Notes: generated by a model from the sequence alone, not told the origin. Numbered from the stretch's first letter, positions 18,565-28,470 are shown. The stretch: DNA of 44,387 nt from an uncultured Lachnospiraceae bacterium (GCA_947003375.1 CAMQOJ010000001.1:1-44387); one strand, 5' to 3'. Program-made: numbers and translations.

Positions 18565-20625
18565 CTACTTTTTCTGATTTCCTTTTCCAGTATAATCCGA
18601 ACGGCGGAAATAGTCAACTCCTCCGCCCATGTCGAACACGCCCATGGCCTCAATGTCGATGGAGGAGGCGTCGATCAGCCCGGAGGCATCCTCCCGCTGC
18701 CCCTGATCCGTGGCAGGGATGGAGCCGTCAAGCTGTCCCCGGATGCTCTCTGCACGAAGCAGCACGGTCCGGTACAGCATCCCGGCGGCGGCGTCATATT
18801 CCGCGTAAGGATAGAACGCCGTGGGGTCCGTCTCCACCAGCCTGTCGATCTGGCTCCGGATGCGGCCATAGACCTCCTCGAACCTCCCGCCGGACACATA
18901 CTCTTCCGTCAGCTTCCGCAGATATTCGTGATATTTCGCAAGATAGGTCTCGTCCTCCAGCAGGGCGTCGAAAAAGTCCGTCCCCTGAAAGGGGGTATCG
19001 ATGGCGTCATTGATCATTCCAGACGCGCCGTCCCCTGCGCCCATGCCCATCCCTCCGAAGGACAGATTGTAATCCCACGGAATGATGTTCAGTTTTCCGT
19101 CGTTCTCATACAGGTAATAGTTGTGGGCCATATTGCCGGAGAGGCTGTCCAGGTTCACGGAGAAGGTATGCACGGCCATGTATTTCAGCACATTGTCGAT
19201 GTCGAGGGATTGCTCCAGCTCTCTTCCCTGGCTGATGTTGCGCAGCGCTTCTACTACTCTTTTGTGGTCTTTTTTGCCGCTGTCCGTCACTTCCCCCTCC
19301 CATATGGTGGAATAGCTGTCCAGGTCATCGTCGGTGTAATTCAGATCCGCTCCGCCCGAGCCCATGGAGAAACGTCCTCCGAAGGGCATGCCTCCGGGCT
19401 GCTGCTGCGTGGAGCCGTCTCCGTCCCCCTGACCGCCCTGGCCGGGGTCCTGTATGTCCCCTGGCAGGCCTTCCGGCGGCGCATTTCCCGGCAGGTCTTC
19501 CGAAGGCTCCGGCCATTCTTCCATATCCTCCCAAGGCTGACCTTCTCCGGAAGGGAGCTCTCCTTCGGTGGGAAATCCTTCTCCGGTAGGAAGCTCTCCT
19601 TCGGTAGGATATCCTTCTCCAGTGGGAAGCTCGCCTTCGGTAGGATATCCTTCTCCAGCGGGAAGCTCTCCTCCAAAAGGTAGTCCTTCTCCAGTGGGAA
19701 ACTCTCCTCCGGTAGGAAGTCCTTCTCCAGCGGGAAGCTCTCCTCCGGTAGGAAGTCCTTCTCCAGCGGGAAGCTCTCCTCCGGCAGGAAGCCCTTCTCC
19801 AGTGGGAAACTCGCCTCCGGCAGGAAGTCCCTCTCCGGCAGGAAACTCTCCTCCGAAAGGAAGCCCTCCTCCGAAGGAAGTTCCATCCTCTCCCGGCCTG
19901 CCGCCCTCCCCGGGCATATTCTGTCCTTCCTGTCCGCCCTTGCTCCTGTCCGGAAAGCCGTCCCTCTCCATACCGGGCCCGCCTCCCATATCCATCCCTT
20001 CCGGCTTATAGAGGTTTCCGCCCTCCACCCCGTAGTTGCGCAGCAGAAAGCTGTCCTCCACGGCCTCCAGCGCCAGATATACGCCCCAGTACGTACCATT
20101 TATCGAAATTTCAGCATAATTGTACAGGGAGGCATCCGCCTCCAGATACCGGTACATATCATAGACGATGGCCTCCTTCATATTCGTGGCATCGGCGTAA
20201 TTGTTGTTCAGAATCAGCTTGTCGAGCCCCAGGCAGGTCTGTCCATCCACATAGTGGTCAAATTCCAGCTTCAGGCTGTACCTGTCCGTGTCCGGATCTG
20301 CGGCAATGGCGGACAGGCTGGTATTGCCCTTGGGCCGGATTCCCACGTTCCGAAGTTCATGGCCGTTAATCGTCACGTCACAGGAATAGTATTCCTCCGC
20401 CATGGCATTGTCCAGCATCTCCTCCCATGCCCCATCCTCCATCCGGATGTCGATTTGAATCACCGAATCTTCGCCGAACAGCTCCGCCTCATACTCCATG
20501 GCAATGCCTTTTCCGCCCACCGCTTCCACGAGCCTGTGGGGAAACGCCACCGCCAGGACGCAGAGCAGGACGGCGGCGGCCATGGCGATGCACGCTGTTT
20601 TCACCGCATATCTGCTGCTGATCAT
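18565..20625 (-). CDS. CotH kinase family protein, N-terminally anchored or exported, with an internal Gly/Pro/Glu repeat
   Basis: Hydrophobic N-terminus; GIRPKGNTS, YSLKLEFD, LDKLILNN, INGTYWGVYLALE, GNLYKP, HNYYLY, IPWDYNLSFG. Confidence 0.88.
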   Translation of the reverse strand: MISSRYAVKTACIAMAAAVLLCVLAVAFPHRLVEAVGGKGIAMEYEAELFGEDSVIQIDIRMEDGAWEEMLDNAMAEEYYSCDVTINGHELRNVGIRPKGNTSLSAIAADPDTDRYSLKLEFDHYVDGQTCLGLDKLILNNNYADATNMKEAIVYDMYRYLEADASLYNYAEISINGTYWGVYLALEAVEDSFLLRNYGVEGGNLYKPEGMDMGGGPGMERDGFPDRSKGGQEGQNMPGEGGRPGEDGTSFGGGLPFGGEFPAGEGLPAGGEFPTGEGLPAGGELPAGEGLPTGGELPAGEGLPTGGEFPTGEGLPFGGELPAGEGYPTEGELPTGEGYPTEGELPTGEGFPTEGELPSGEGQPWEDMEEWPEPSEDLPGNAPPEGLPGDIQDPGQGGQGDGDGSTQQQPGGMPFGGRFSMGSGGADLNYTDDDLDSYSTIWEGEVTDSGKKDHKRVVEALRNISQGRELEQSLDIDNVLKYMAVHTFSVNLDSLSGNMAHNYYLYENDGKLNIIPWDYNLSFGGMGMGAGDGASGMINDAIDTPFQGTDFFDALLEDETYLAKYHEYLRKLTEEYVSGGRFEEVYGRIRSQIDRLVETDPTAFYPYAEYDAAAGMLYRTVLLRAESIRGQLDGSIPATDQGQREDASGLIDASSIDIEAMGVFDMGGGVDYFRRSDYTGKGNQKK
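19531..19854 (-). repeat. Coding tandem repeat, 9 x 36 bp (12 aa, approximately GGE[LF]P[AT]GEG[LYF]P[AT]), built from an 18-bp subunit
   Basis: Nine units counted in the translation from GGEFPAGEGLPA to EGELPSGEGQPW; 324 bp = 9 x 36. Confidence 0.9.
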
Positions 20626-20751
20626 GCCTTTTCCTTTCCGGGCGGACTGTTCCTTATCCGCCCTGTCTATTGTTTGCTCTGGCGTTCGTCCTGTCCGGCT
20701 GAGCTGTCGCCTGCCCTGGCTGTCATCCGCCCTGCCCCCGCCTCCAGCCTC

Positions 20752-21426
20752 TCAGGCCATATACTCCCCATTATAGCTCACCAGCGTGGCGCTGCTCACC
20801 CCGTCCACGGCATTGAGCCGGTTCACGAAGGCCGTCTCCCCGTCCTTCATGCGGATCTCCATGGTCAGCTCGATCCCGGCGGCATTCACGGTCTTGGACT
20901 TCACGGAAAGCCGCGCCACAGCTTCCCTGGCAATCGCCATGGCGGAGTCCTCCGCCCTTTCATCGCCGCAGTCCAGTATCAATATATACGGATTTTCGTG
21001 TATTTTTCGATTTGAAAAAAGCAGCAATATACATCCGATCATACCGGAGCCCAGCACCGCCAACGGTATCATGCCGGCCCCGATGACGATGCCCGCCGCG
21101 ATGGACCAGAACAGGTACACGATTTCCATGGGCTCCTTGATGGCGGCCCGGAAGCGGACGATGGAGAGCGCGCCCACCATGCCCAGAGAAAGCACCACAT
21201 TGGATGTCACGGCCATGATGACCAGCGTAGTCACAAGGGCCAGCCCGATCAGCGTCATGGCAAAGCCCGTGGAATACATGACCCCGGCAAAGGTCTTTTT
21301 ATAGACCACGAAAATGAACAGCCCTATCGCAACGGCGAACGCCATGCCCACCAAAGTATCCACCAAAGAAAATTCCGTCACGCTCTCCAGAAATCCTGAT
21401 TTGAAAATGTCCTGAAATGTATTCAT
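20752..21426 (-). CDS. DUF4956-family membrane protein
   Basis: SNVVLSLGMVGALSIVRFRAAIKEP, FWSIAAG, several TM helices and a small soluble C-domain. RBS GGAGG precedes MNTFQDIF. Confidence 0.88.
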   Translation of the reverse strand: MNTFQDIFKSGFLESVTEFSLVDTLVGMAFAVAIGLFIFVVYKKTFAGVMYSTGFAMTLIGLALVTTLVIMAVTSNVVLSLGMVGALSIVRFRAAIKEPMEIVYLFWSIAAGIVIGAGMIPLAVLGSGMIGCILLLFSNRKIHENPYILILDCGDERAEDSAMAIAREAVARLSVKSKTVNAAGIELTMEIRMKDGETAFVNRLNAVDGVSSATLVSYNGEYMA

Positions 21427-21506
21427 CTTATATCCTCCCGATATTCCTCTGCCATGTTCCCGGCGCCCCACTGCATGAATCCCTGCCCAATCAGCGCACC
21501 GCCGCA

Positions 21507-22199
21507 CTAACCAAACCTCCTGCTGGCCCCGTATTTGGAGAAGGCCTGCTGCCTCAGCCCGCCCGTCTGGACCAGGTCCCGGATGACGGAGGGCAGGAAG
21601 GCGTCGTATTTGACCTCCAGCACCATGTCTCCGGGGGCCTCCCCCACGCTTACGTCCGTCCTCCCCTCCCCCAGGAAATCCCGACTGTACATGCCGCTCC
21701 TGATATGGGAGTCAAAGGTGATCCGCACGTTTCCCGGCCCGTAGAGATAGGCCTCCCGCACATAGGACACCAGTACCCTGGGGCGCAGCGCCTGATACCC
21801 CATCTTCGCGTACAATTCCCGCACCAGGGCCGCCGGATGCCCCCGCATCCAGCCCGTATCTCCCTCCAGCAGCCTCCTGCATTCCCCCTCCGCGATCTCC
21901 GCATCGTACTTCCGGCACAGAGAATCCTCCTTGACCTTTTTCTCCAGGAGGATGAAGGAGAAGTCATCATTGTAATACCTGATGCGGAACTTCTCCCGGC
22001 GCGGGACGCCGTACACCTTCTCCCGCAGGGCCTTGTCCGTAAAATTGTCAAAGTAAATGCTCCTTATCAGATATCTGCCCGCCGCATCCCCGTGCGGGTC
22101 TGTACGCATCAGCCGCCGCAGCCGGCTTTGGATTTCCAGATACTGAAGATACCCGATACCGTATTTCAGCTCATGGCGAAAGCCCTCCCTCTGCTCCAT
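21507..22199 (-). CDS. Polyphosphate polymerase (VTC) domain protein, CYTH/TTM tunnel fold
   Basis: RHELKY, IRSIYFD, REKFRIRYY, LEKKVK, YVREAY, RITFD, LEVKY, FSKY. RBS GGAGG precedes MEQREG. Confidence 0.9.
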   Translation of the reverse strand: MEQREGFRHELKYGIGYLQYLEIQSRLRRLMRTDPHGDAAGRYLIRSIYFDNFTDKALREKVYGVPRREKFRIRYYNDDFSFILLEKKVKEDSLCRKYDAEIAEGECRRLLEGDTGWMRGHPAALVRELYAKMGYQALRPRVLVSYVREAYLYGPGNVRITFDSHIRSGMYSRDFLGEGRTDVSVGEAPGDMVLEVKYDAFLPSVIRDLVQTGGLRQQAFSKYGASRRFG

Positions 22200-22268
22200 C
22201 CCTGTCCTCCCTGTCCTGTCCCTGTGCCCGCCCGGGCCCTGGGAACCGTTCTCCCGGTGCATAGGGAA

Positions 22269-22302
22269 AGTATAAAGGGAGCTCCTGAAATGTACCTGAA
22301 AT
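22269..22302 (-). promoter_or_regulatory. OmpR/PhoB-type direct repeat and -10 upstream of the VTC gene
   Basis: Minus strand ATTTCAGG-TAC-ATTTCAGG (11-bp period), then TATACT at 22274-22269; no canonical -35. Confidence 0.6.
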
Positions 22303-22327
22303 AAACTGTGTATCTTTTTTGAACAAT

Positions 22328-23569
22328 TCAGGAGAAGGGGGCCATGGGGATGGAAGCCTTTATCAGGATACGCTCCCCGTCCGGCCTCTTCGCCTGGATT
22401 CTGCCCCCGTGGGCCTGGACGATCGCCTGCGCCATGGACAGGCCGATTCCTGTGCCTCCGGTCCGGGCAGACCGGGACTGATCCACCCGGTAAAAGCGGT
22501 CGAACAGCCTGCTTAAATCCTGTGTCTGGGGCAGGCTGCAGCTATTCTCCACCTGGATACAGGCCCTGCCCCGCTTTCTATAGACTTCCATGCAGATATC
22601 CCCGCCCTCGTCCGAGTGCCTCACCGCATTGTCCAGAAGGATGGATATGAGCTGGCGGACGGAATCCCTGTCCCCGTGGAGCACCAGGTCATCCTCTATG
22701 CGCTGGGCGTAGCGCTTTCCCCTGGCCTGCGCCAGCGCCGCGAAGGGCTCCGCCGCCTCCCAGGCCGCATCGCTTAAGGAGAAATCCTCCTTCTCCGGAA
22801 AAGGCGCCTCCTCGTCCAGCCTGGAGAGCGCCACCAAATCGTTCACAAGCCTGCCCAGGCGCACCGTCTGCTTTTGGATGTTCTCGATCCACCGGTCCCC
22901 CTCATGCTCCATGGCCGCCGCATCCGCGCTGGCCGCGATGGAGGCGATGGGCGTCTTCAGCTCATGTCCCGCGTCCGTGATGAACCGCTTCTGCCGCTCT
23001 ATGTTCTCCGCAAAGGGAAGGATGGCATACCGGGAGAAGAACAGGACAAGGAGGAAGACCAGAACCAGGCTGCCCGCCCCCGTCCCCAGGGACACGATAA
23101 ACAAGGTGCGCATGAACTGCAGGGAATCCGCCACATTCAGGAACAGGACGGTGATTCCCCTCTCGTCCCTGCTGACGAGATACCGATATTCCTTGTAATA
23201 ACCTTTCGTCTTCCCCCCGGCGAGGACCTTCTCCGTATATTCTCCGGCCATATCCTCATCTATGGAGGAGATATGGTCTCTGGCGATGAACAGGATGTGC
23301 CCCTCCGGGTCGCAGTGGGCAGCGAAAAAGCGGGTGGTGAACTCCGCCTCCGGCCCTCCCCCCGGCATGTCCGCCATGGGGGGCAGCGGGGCCTGGGGCC
23401 TGTGGAAGGCCCGCTGCTCCCGGCCCAGGAGATTCTCCGCCATCTGGTCCCGGACGGATGTGGTCTTACAAAAATTCACAAGATTGATTCCCGCCAGCAG
23501 CATCACCATCACCGTCCCGAAAGCCGCCATGGCCGCCAGGATGAAGCGTCTGCGCATTTTCTTCAGCAT
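22328..23569 (-). CDS. Sensor histidine kinase (two TM helices, HisKA, HATPase)
   Basis: H-box DAGHELKTP, N-box ILLDNA, FDRFYR, GTGIGLS. The start MLKKMRRRF overlaps the regulator's stop. Confidence 0.93.
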   Translation of the reverse strand: MLKKMRRRFILAAMAAFGTVMVMLLAGINLVNFCKTTSVRDQMAENLLGREQRAFHRPQAPLPPMADMPGGGPEAEFTTRFFAAHCDPEGHILFIARDHISSIDEDMAGEYTEKVLAGGKTKGYYKEYRYLVSRDERGITVLFLNVADSLQFMRTLFIVSLGTGAGSLVLVFLLVLFFSRYAILPFAENIERQKRFITDAGHELKTPIASIAASADAAAMEHEGDRWIENIQKQTVRLGRLVNDLVALSRLDEEAPFPEKEDFSLSDAAWEAAEPFAALAQARGKRYAQRIEDDLVLHGDRDSVRQLISILLDNAVRHSDEGGDICMEVYRKRGRACIQVENSCSLPQTQDLSRLFDRFYRVDQSRSARTGGTGIGLSMAQAIVQAHGGRIQAKRPDGERILIKASIPMAPFS

Positions 23570-24240
23570 CCCGTCTCCTCCATCGAATAGCCCGCGCCCC
23601 GGATCGTCCTGATTTCCACCCGGCTCCCGATCTGCTTGAGCTTCCTGCGCACAAATCCGATGTGCGTCCAGACCACGTCGATGCCGGACTCGGAATCCTG
23701 CCCCCATATCCTGTCCATCAGATGGCTGGTGGAAAACACGAACCGGGGGTGCCGCAGGAAGAGCTCCGCCAGCTGGAACTCCTTATTGTTCAGGCGCACC
23801 CACTGTTCCCCGCAGCCCAGCATGTACCGGTTGCGGTCCAGGCTCACGTCCCCGAAGGCCAGAAGCGCCTCCGGGCATCCGGCGTTCCTGCGGGAGAGCG
23901 CCTTCACCCTGGCCACGAACTCCCTGCCGGCGAAGGGCTTGGGCAGATAGTCGTCCGCCCCCGCCTCCAGCCCGGCCACCCGGTCCTCGATCCCCCCTCT
24001 GGCGGTCAGCATCAGCACGGGAACCGCGGAGCCGCTCCCCCGGATTCCGGCCAGCACCTCCATCCCGTCCGCCCCGGGCATCATAATGTCCAGCACGATC
24101 ACGTCATAGGCCGCGCCCCGGAACCGCTCCAGCGCCTCCTCCCCGTCATGGACCACGTCCACGGAGAATCTGTTCTTTTCCAGCAGGAATTTCAAGGCCC
24201 CTGCAAGCTCCACCTCGTCCTCTGCAATTAAAATACGCAT
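23563..24240 (-). CDS. OmpR/PhoB family response regulator
   Basis: MRILIAEDE, LDIMMPG, LTA, GADDYLPKPF, and winged-helix end IRTIRGAGY. Confidence 0.95.
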   Translation of the reverse strand: MRILIAEDEVELAGALKFLLEKNRFSVDVVHDGEEALERFRGAAYDVIVLDIMMPGADGMEVLAGIRGSGSAVPVLMLTARGGIEDRVAGLEAGADDYLPKPFAGREFVARVKALSRRNAGCPEALLAFGDVSLDRNRYMLGCGEQWVRLNNKEFQLAELFLRHPRFVFSTSHLMDRIWGQDSESGIDVVWTHIGFVRRKLKQIGSRVEIRTIRGAGYSMEETGC

Positions 24241-24512
24241 ATTTTATACCTCAATTTCGTCTGTTTTCCAAATCCCCGGGACGGCATGTCCCGGATTCAA
24301 GCTTACCCCGAACCTGAATCCCATGTCAATACTCCGGACAAAACAACCGCAAAACAAGTACGTAATGCAAATTGCTTTTTTCTGTGAATATGGTATAATA
24401 TTGACTCAGAAGGGAACTGAGTCAACTTTTGATTCCATGTGCGCCGAAGCGCACGAAATTATGGTATGATACCTTTATCAATGAAAGAACCTCTTACAGT
24501 GAAAGGACAAGC

Positions 24513-27077
24513 ATGGAAATCCGCAGAATCAAGAATGGAAATCACACAACCTATTTTTTAATCGGAAGCTTCACCCTGCTGCTGCTGATCAGCATCGGGG
24601 CCTTTATCTGCCTGGGCCGCTATATCAGCAGGGAGAGCGAAAAATCCATACATACAGTGGGCGACCTGTACATGGCCGGTATCAACAACCATATCACAGC
24701 CCACTTCCGCACACTGATCGAGCTGAAACTGGAGCAGGCCGAAGCGATAGTGGAGGTAGTCCCGTCAGATATGGCCGGCAGGGACGAGCTGTACAAGGAG
24801 CTGGTCTACAGGTCCGGCGTCAGGAACTTCAATTATCTGGCCCTGTATTCCGCGGACGGGAAAATGGAGATGCTGGACGGGAACCCTATCCAGCTCGCGG
24901 ATCCGGATTCCTTCCGGGAGTCCCTTCTGCGCCACGAGAAAAAGATAGCCGTGGGCTATGATTCCCTGGGCACCGAGGTGGTCATCCTGGGCATCAGCGC
25001 GGACTATCCCATGGAAAACGGCGAGGCATGCATGGCCCTGGTGGCCGCCGTCCCCATAGACTACATCAGCGCCATGCTGGGCACGGACGAGGAGAACGCC
25101 CTGATATCCTCCAACATCATCCGCAAGGACGGCAGCTTCATCATCAGCGATACGGGCATGGACTACAAGGATTACTTCGAAAGCCTGTACCAGCGCTATC
25201 CGGCCAGCGACCACCGGAAGATAGATGCTTATGTCCGGGAACTTTCCGATGCCATGGAAAAGAAGGAGAGCTATTCCACCGTCCTGGATTTGGGGAACAC
25301 CAGCCAGCAGATCTATTGTACGCTGCTCCCCTATTCGGAATGGCATCTGGTGACAGTGCTGCCCTTCGGCCCCCTGAACGAAACCGTGGAGAGCCTCAAC
25401 GCAAACCGGACCTTCGCCACTGTGCTGGTGGGCTTCATCATCCTCACAGTGCTGCTGGTCATCTTCTATATCTATTTCCGGATGACCTGCAAGCAGCTCA
25501 GGGATCTGGAAGCGGCCCGCGAGGAAGCCCTGGCGGCCACCCGGGCCAAGAGCACCTTCCTCTCCAATATGAGCCATGACATCCGCACGCCCATGAACGC
25601 CATCGTGGGCATGACCGCCATCGCCACGGCCCATATCGACGAAAAGGATCAGGTGATGAACTGCCTGAAGAAGATTACCCTGTCCGGCAAGCATCTGCTG
25701 GGCCTGATCAACGATGTGCTGGACATGTCCAAAATCGAGAGCGGCAAGATGACCCTGACCGCGGAGCGGGTCTCTCTCCAGGAGGCGATCGAGGGCGTGG
25801 TGGGCATCGTGCAGCCTCAGGTAAAGGGGAAGAGCCAGAACTTCAACGTCCATATCCACAATATCATATCGGAGGACGTATACTGCGACAGCGTCCGCCT
25901 GAACCAGGTCCTGCTGAACCTCCTGTCCAATGCCGTGAAATATACCCAGGAGGGCGGCCTGATCCAGCTCTCCCTGTACCAGGAGGAGAATCCCCCCGAA
26001 AAGGGCGAGAATTATGTCCGGACACATATCACCGTGGCGGACAATGGCACCGGAATGTCCGGGGAATTCCTGAAGCATGTCTTCGACTCCTATTCCAGGG
26101 TGGACACCATGCGCGTGCACAAGACGGAAGGGGCGGGGCTAGGCATGGCGATTACGAAGCACATCGTGGATGCCATGGACGGCAAGATCACCGTGGAGAG
26201 CGAGCTGAACAAGGGATCCAAGTTCCAGGTGATTCTGGATCTGGAAAAGGCCGAGCCCTCAGAAGTGGACATGATCCTTCCCGCCTGGAAAATGCTGGTG
26301 GTGGATGACGACGAGACCCTGTGCCGCACAGCGGTGGATGCCCTGGATTCCATCGGCATCCAGGCCGACTGGACCATGAGCGGGGAGGGCGCCATCAACA
26401 TGGTGGAGAAGCATCATCAAGCCCGCGACGACTATCAGATAATCATGCTGGACTGGAAGCTTCCGGGCATGGACGGCCTTTCGGTTGCCAGACAGATCCG
26501 GCGGATCGTGGGCGATGACATGCCCATCATCCTGATCTCCGCCTACGACTGGAGCGAATTGGAGGCGGACGCAAAGGAGGCCGGCATTAACGGTTTCATC
26601 TCCAAGCCTCTGTTCAAGTCCACCCTGTTCTATGGACTGAAAAAATATATGGATGTGGAGGACCTGCAGGCCGCGGAGGGCAGCCAGGCAGAGCTGGCCG
26701 GACGGCGGGTGCTGGTGGCCGAGGACAATGAACTGAACTGGGAGATCTTGCAGGCGCTGCTGTCTGATATCGGCATAGAACCGGAATGGGCGGAGAACGG
26801 GCAGATCTGCCTGGAGAAATTCCGGGCGTCCGCGCCGGGACATTACGACATCATCCTGATGGATGTCCGCATGCCTGTGATGAACGGCTATGAGGCCACG
26901 GAGGGCATCCGCGCCTCAGGGCATCCGGATGCCGCCGCCATCCCCATCATCGCCATGACCGCAGACGCCTTCTCGGAGGACATCAAGCGATGCCTGGACT
27001 GCGGCATGAATGCCCATACCGCCAAGCCGATCAACTTTGATGAGGTAATCGTACTGCTGAAAAAATACATCTTATAG
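24513..27077 (+). CDS. Hybrid sensor histidine kinase with two receiver domains
   Basis: Two TM helices, FLSNMSHDIRTPMNAI, NLLSNA, GAGLGM; receivers VVDDD/LDWKLPG and VAEDN/LMDVRMP. ATG at 24513 follows AAGGA. Confidence 0.93.
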   Translation: MEIRRIKNGNHTTYFLIGSFTLLLLISIGAFICLGRYISRESEKSIHTVGDLYMAGINNHITAHFRTLIELKLEQAEAIVEVVPSDMAGRDELYKELVYRSGVRNFNYLALYSADGKMEMLDGNPIQLADPDSFRESLLRHEKKIAVGYDSLGTEVVILGISADYPMENGEACMALVAAVPIDYISAMLGTDEENALISSNIIRKDGSFIISDTGMDYKDYFESLYQRYPASDHRKIDAYVRELSDAMEKKESYSTVLDLGNTSQQIYCTLLPYSEWHLVTVLPFGPLNETVESLNANRTFATVLVGFIILTVLLVIFYIYFRMTCKQLRDLEAAREEALAATRAKSTFLSNMSHDIRTPMNAIVGMTAIATAHIDEKDQVMNCLKKITLSGKHLLGLINDVLDMSKIESGKMTLTAERVSLQEAIEGVVGIVQPQVKGKSQNFNVHIHNIISEDVYCDSVRLNQVLLNLLSNAVKYTQEGGLIQLSLYQEENPPEKGENYVRTHITVADNGTGMSGEFLKHVFDSYSRVDTMRVHKTEGAGLGMAITKHIVDAMDGKITVESELNKGSKFQVILDLEKAEPSEVDMILPAWKMLVVDDDETLCRTAVDALDSIGIQADWTMSGEGAINMVEKHHQARDDYQIIMLDWKLPGMDGLSVARQIRRIVGDDMPIILISAYDWSELEADAKEAGINGFISKPLFKSTLFYGLKKYMDVEDLQAAEGSQAELAGRRVLVAEDNELNWEILQALLSDIGIEPEWAENGQICLEKFRASAPGHYDIILMDVRMPVMNGYEATEGIRASGHPDAAAIPIIAMTADAFSEDIKRCLDCGMNAHTAKPINFDEVIVLLKKYIL

Positions 27078-27087
27078 GACAGACGGC

Positions 27088-28470
27088 TCACCGTATCTTT
27101 GCAAGCGCTTCCCTGGACAATATCTTCCGGATGTTCAGCGCGAAGAGCGAAGTGGCTACCGTGGCCGAGATGGCGTCCGACACGGGCTCCGCCCAGTAGA
27201 CGCCCATCACCCCCATGAACCGGGGCAGGATAAGGGCCAGTGGAATCAGCAGGATGATTTTCCGCAGCACCGCGATGAAGAGCGAAATCTTCGCCTGCCC
27301 CAGCGCCAGGAAGGTGGGCTGTATGCCGTTCTGCAGACCGAACACCAGCATGCCCGCCATGAAGATCGGCATCACGTTCCCGGTCAGCGCCACCAGCTCC
27401 GCCTCATTGGTAAAGAACCCCGCATAGAACCGGGGGAAAATCATGCTGGTGGCCGTTGTCAGGAGCCGGAACCCAAAGCACATGCCTATCATCCAGCCGT
27501 AGAGCTTTTTCACCCTCCTGAAATTCTGCGCTCCGTAGTTGTAACTGATGATGGGCGTCATTCCCTGGGTGAAGCCGTTGATGGGCGCTGAGAACAACTG
27601 CATGACGCTCTGCATGATCGTCAGGGATCCCACGTGCATATCCCCGCCGTAGGCCTGCAGCCCATGGTTCAGCACGATGCTGATGAAGCTCTCCGTGGCA
27701 TTCATGATAAAGGGAGAGATGCCCAGGGAGAACACGCTTCCCAGTACCTTCCCCTCCAGCCGCATGCAGCTCTTCCTAATCTTCAGGGAGGATCTCCTGC
27801 CCATCAGGAACGACACCACCCAGGCCGCGCTGAGCCCCTGGGAGATTACCGTGGCCACCGCCGCGCCCTTCACCCCCATGCCAAACCCGAAGATGAACAC
27901 AGGATCCAGGATGATGTTCGCCACCGCCCCGATCAGCACGGAGAGCATGGCCGTCCTGGGCTGGCTCTGGCAGATGATGAAGGCGTTCAGCCCCAGGGCC
28001 ATCTCCACGAACAGCGTCCCTGCCAGGTAGATGGACAGATAGTCCGTGGCATAGCCAATCGTGGCATCGCTGGCGCCGAACATGTAGAGCAGGGGCCTCT
28101 GGAACAGATAGAAGAATGTCATCAGCGCCACCGCGCACAGCAGCAGGAAGCTGACGCTGTTGCCCAGGATCTTCTCCGCCCGCTCCCTGTCCCCCTTCCC
28201 CAGCCAGATGGCCGCCAGGGGAGCCGCACCGTTGCTGATGAACGCGGAAAAGGCGGAGATGAACACCGTGATGCAGAAGGTGACGCCTACACCTGTGAGG
28301 GCATTGGCTCCCACGCCCTCCATATGCCCGATGTAAATCCGGTCGATGATGCTGTATAAGATATTGATGATCTGGGCCAGGATGGCTGGCAGGGTCATGC
28401 TGGCCATGAGCTTGCCGATGGATTCCGTCGCCATCCTCTCTTCCCTTGTCTTGTCCGTTGCTGCTGCCAT
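27088..28470 (-). CDS. MATE family efflux transporter (MepA-like)
   Basis: LYSIIDRIYIG, NIILDPVFIFGFGMGVKGAAVATVISQ, PIISYNYGA. Start moved to MAAATDK after GGAG. Confidence 0.92.
   Translation of the reverse strand: MAAATDKTREERMATESIGKLMASMTLPAILAQIINILYSIIDRIYIGHMEGVGANALTGVGVTFCITVFISAFSAFISNGAAPLAAIWLGKGDRERAEKILGNSVSFLLLCAVALMTFFYLFQRPLLYMFGASDATIGYATDYLSIYLAGTLFVEMALGLNAFIICQSQPRTAMLSVLIGAVANIILDPVFIFGFGMGVKGAAVATVISQGLSAAWVVSFLMGRRSSLKIRKSCMRLEGKVLGSVFSLGISPFIMNATESFISIVLNHGLQAYGGDMHVGSLTIMQSVMQLFSAPINGFTQGMTPIISYNYGAQNFRRVKKLYGWMIGMCFGFRLLTTATSMIFPRFYAGFFTNEAELVALTGNVMPIFMAGMLVFGLQNGIQPTFLALGQAKISLFIAVLRKIILLIPLALILPRFMGVMGVYWAEPVSDAISATVATSLFALNIRKILSREALAKIR

Noticed and set aside
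19531-19854. 36-bp periodic repeat as a CRISPR array
   Set aside because: The units are contiguous with no unique spacers, stay in frame within the CotH gene, and no cas genes are present.
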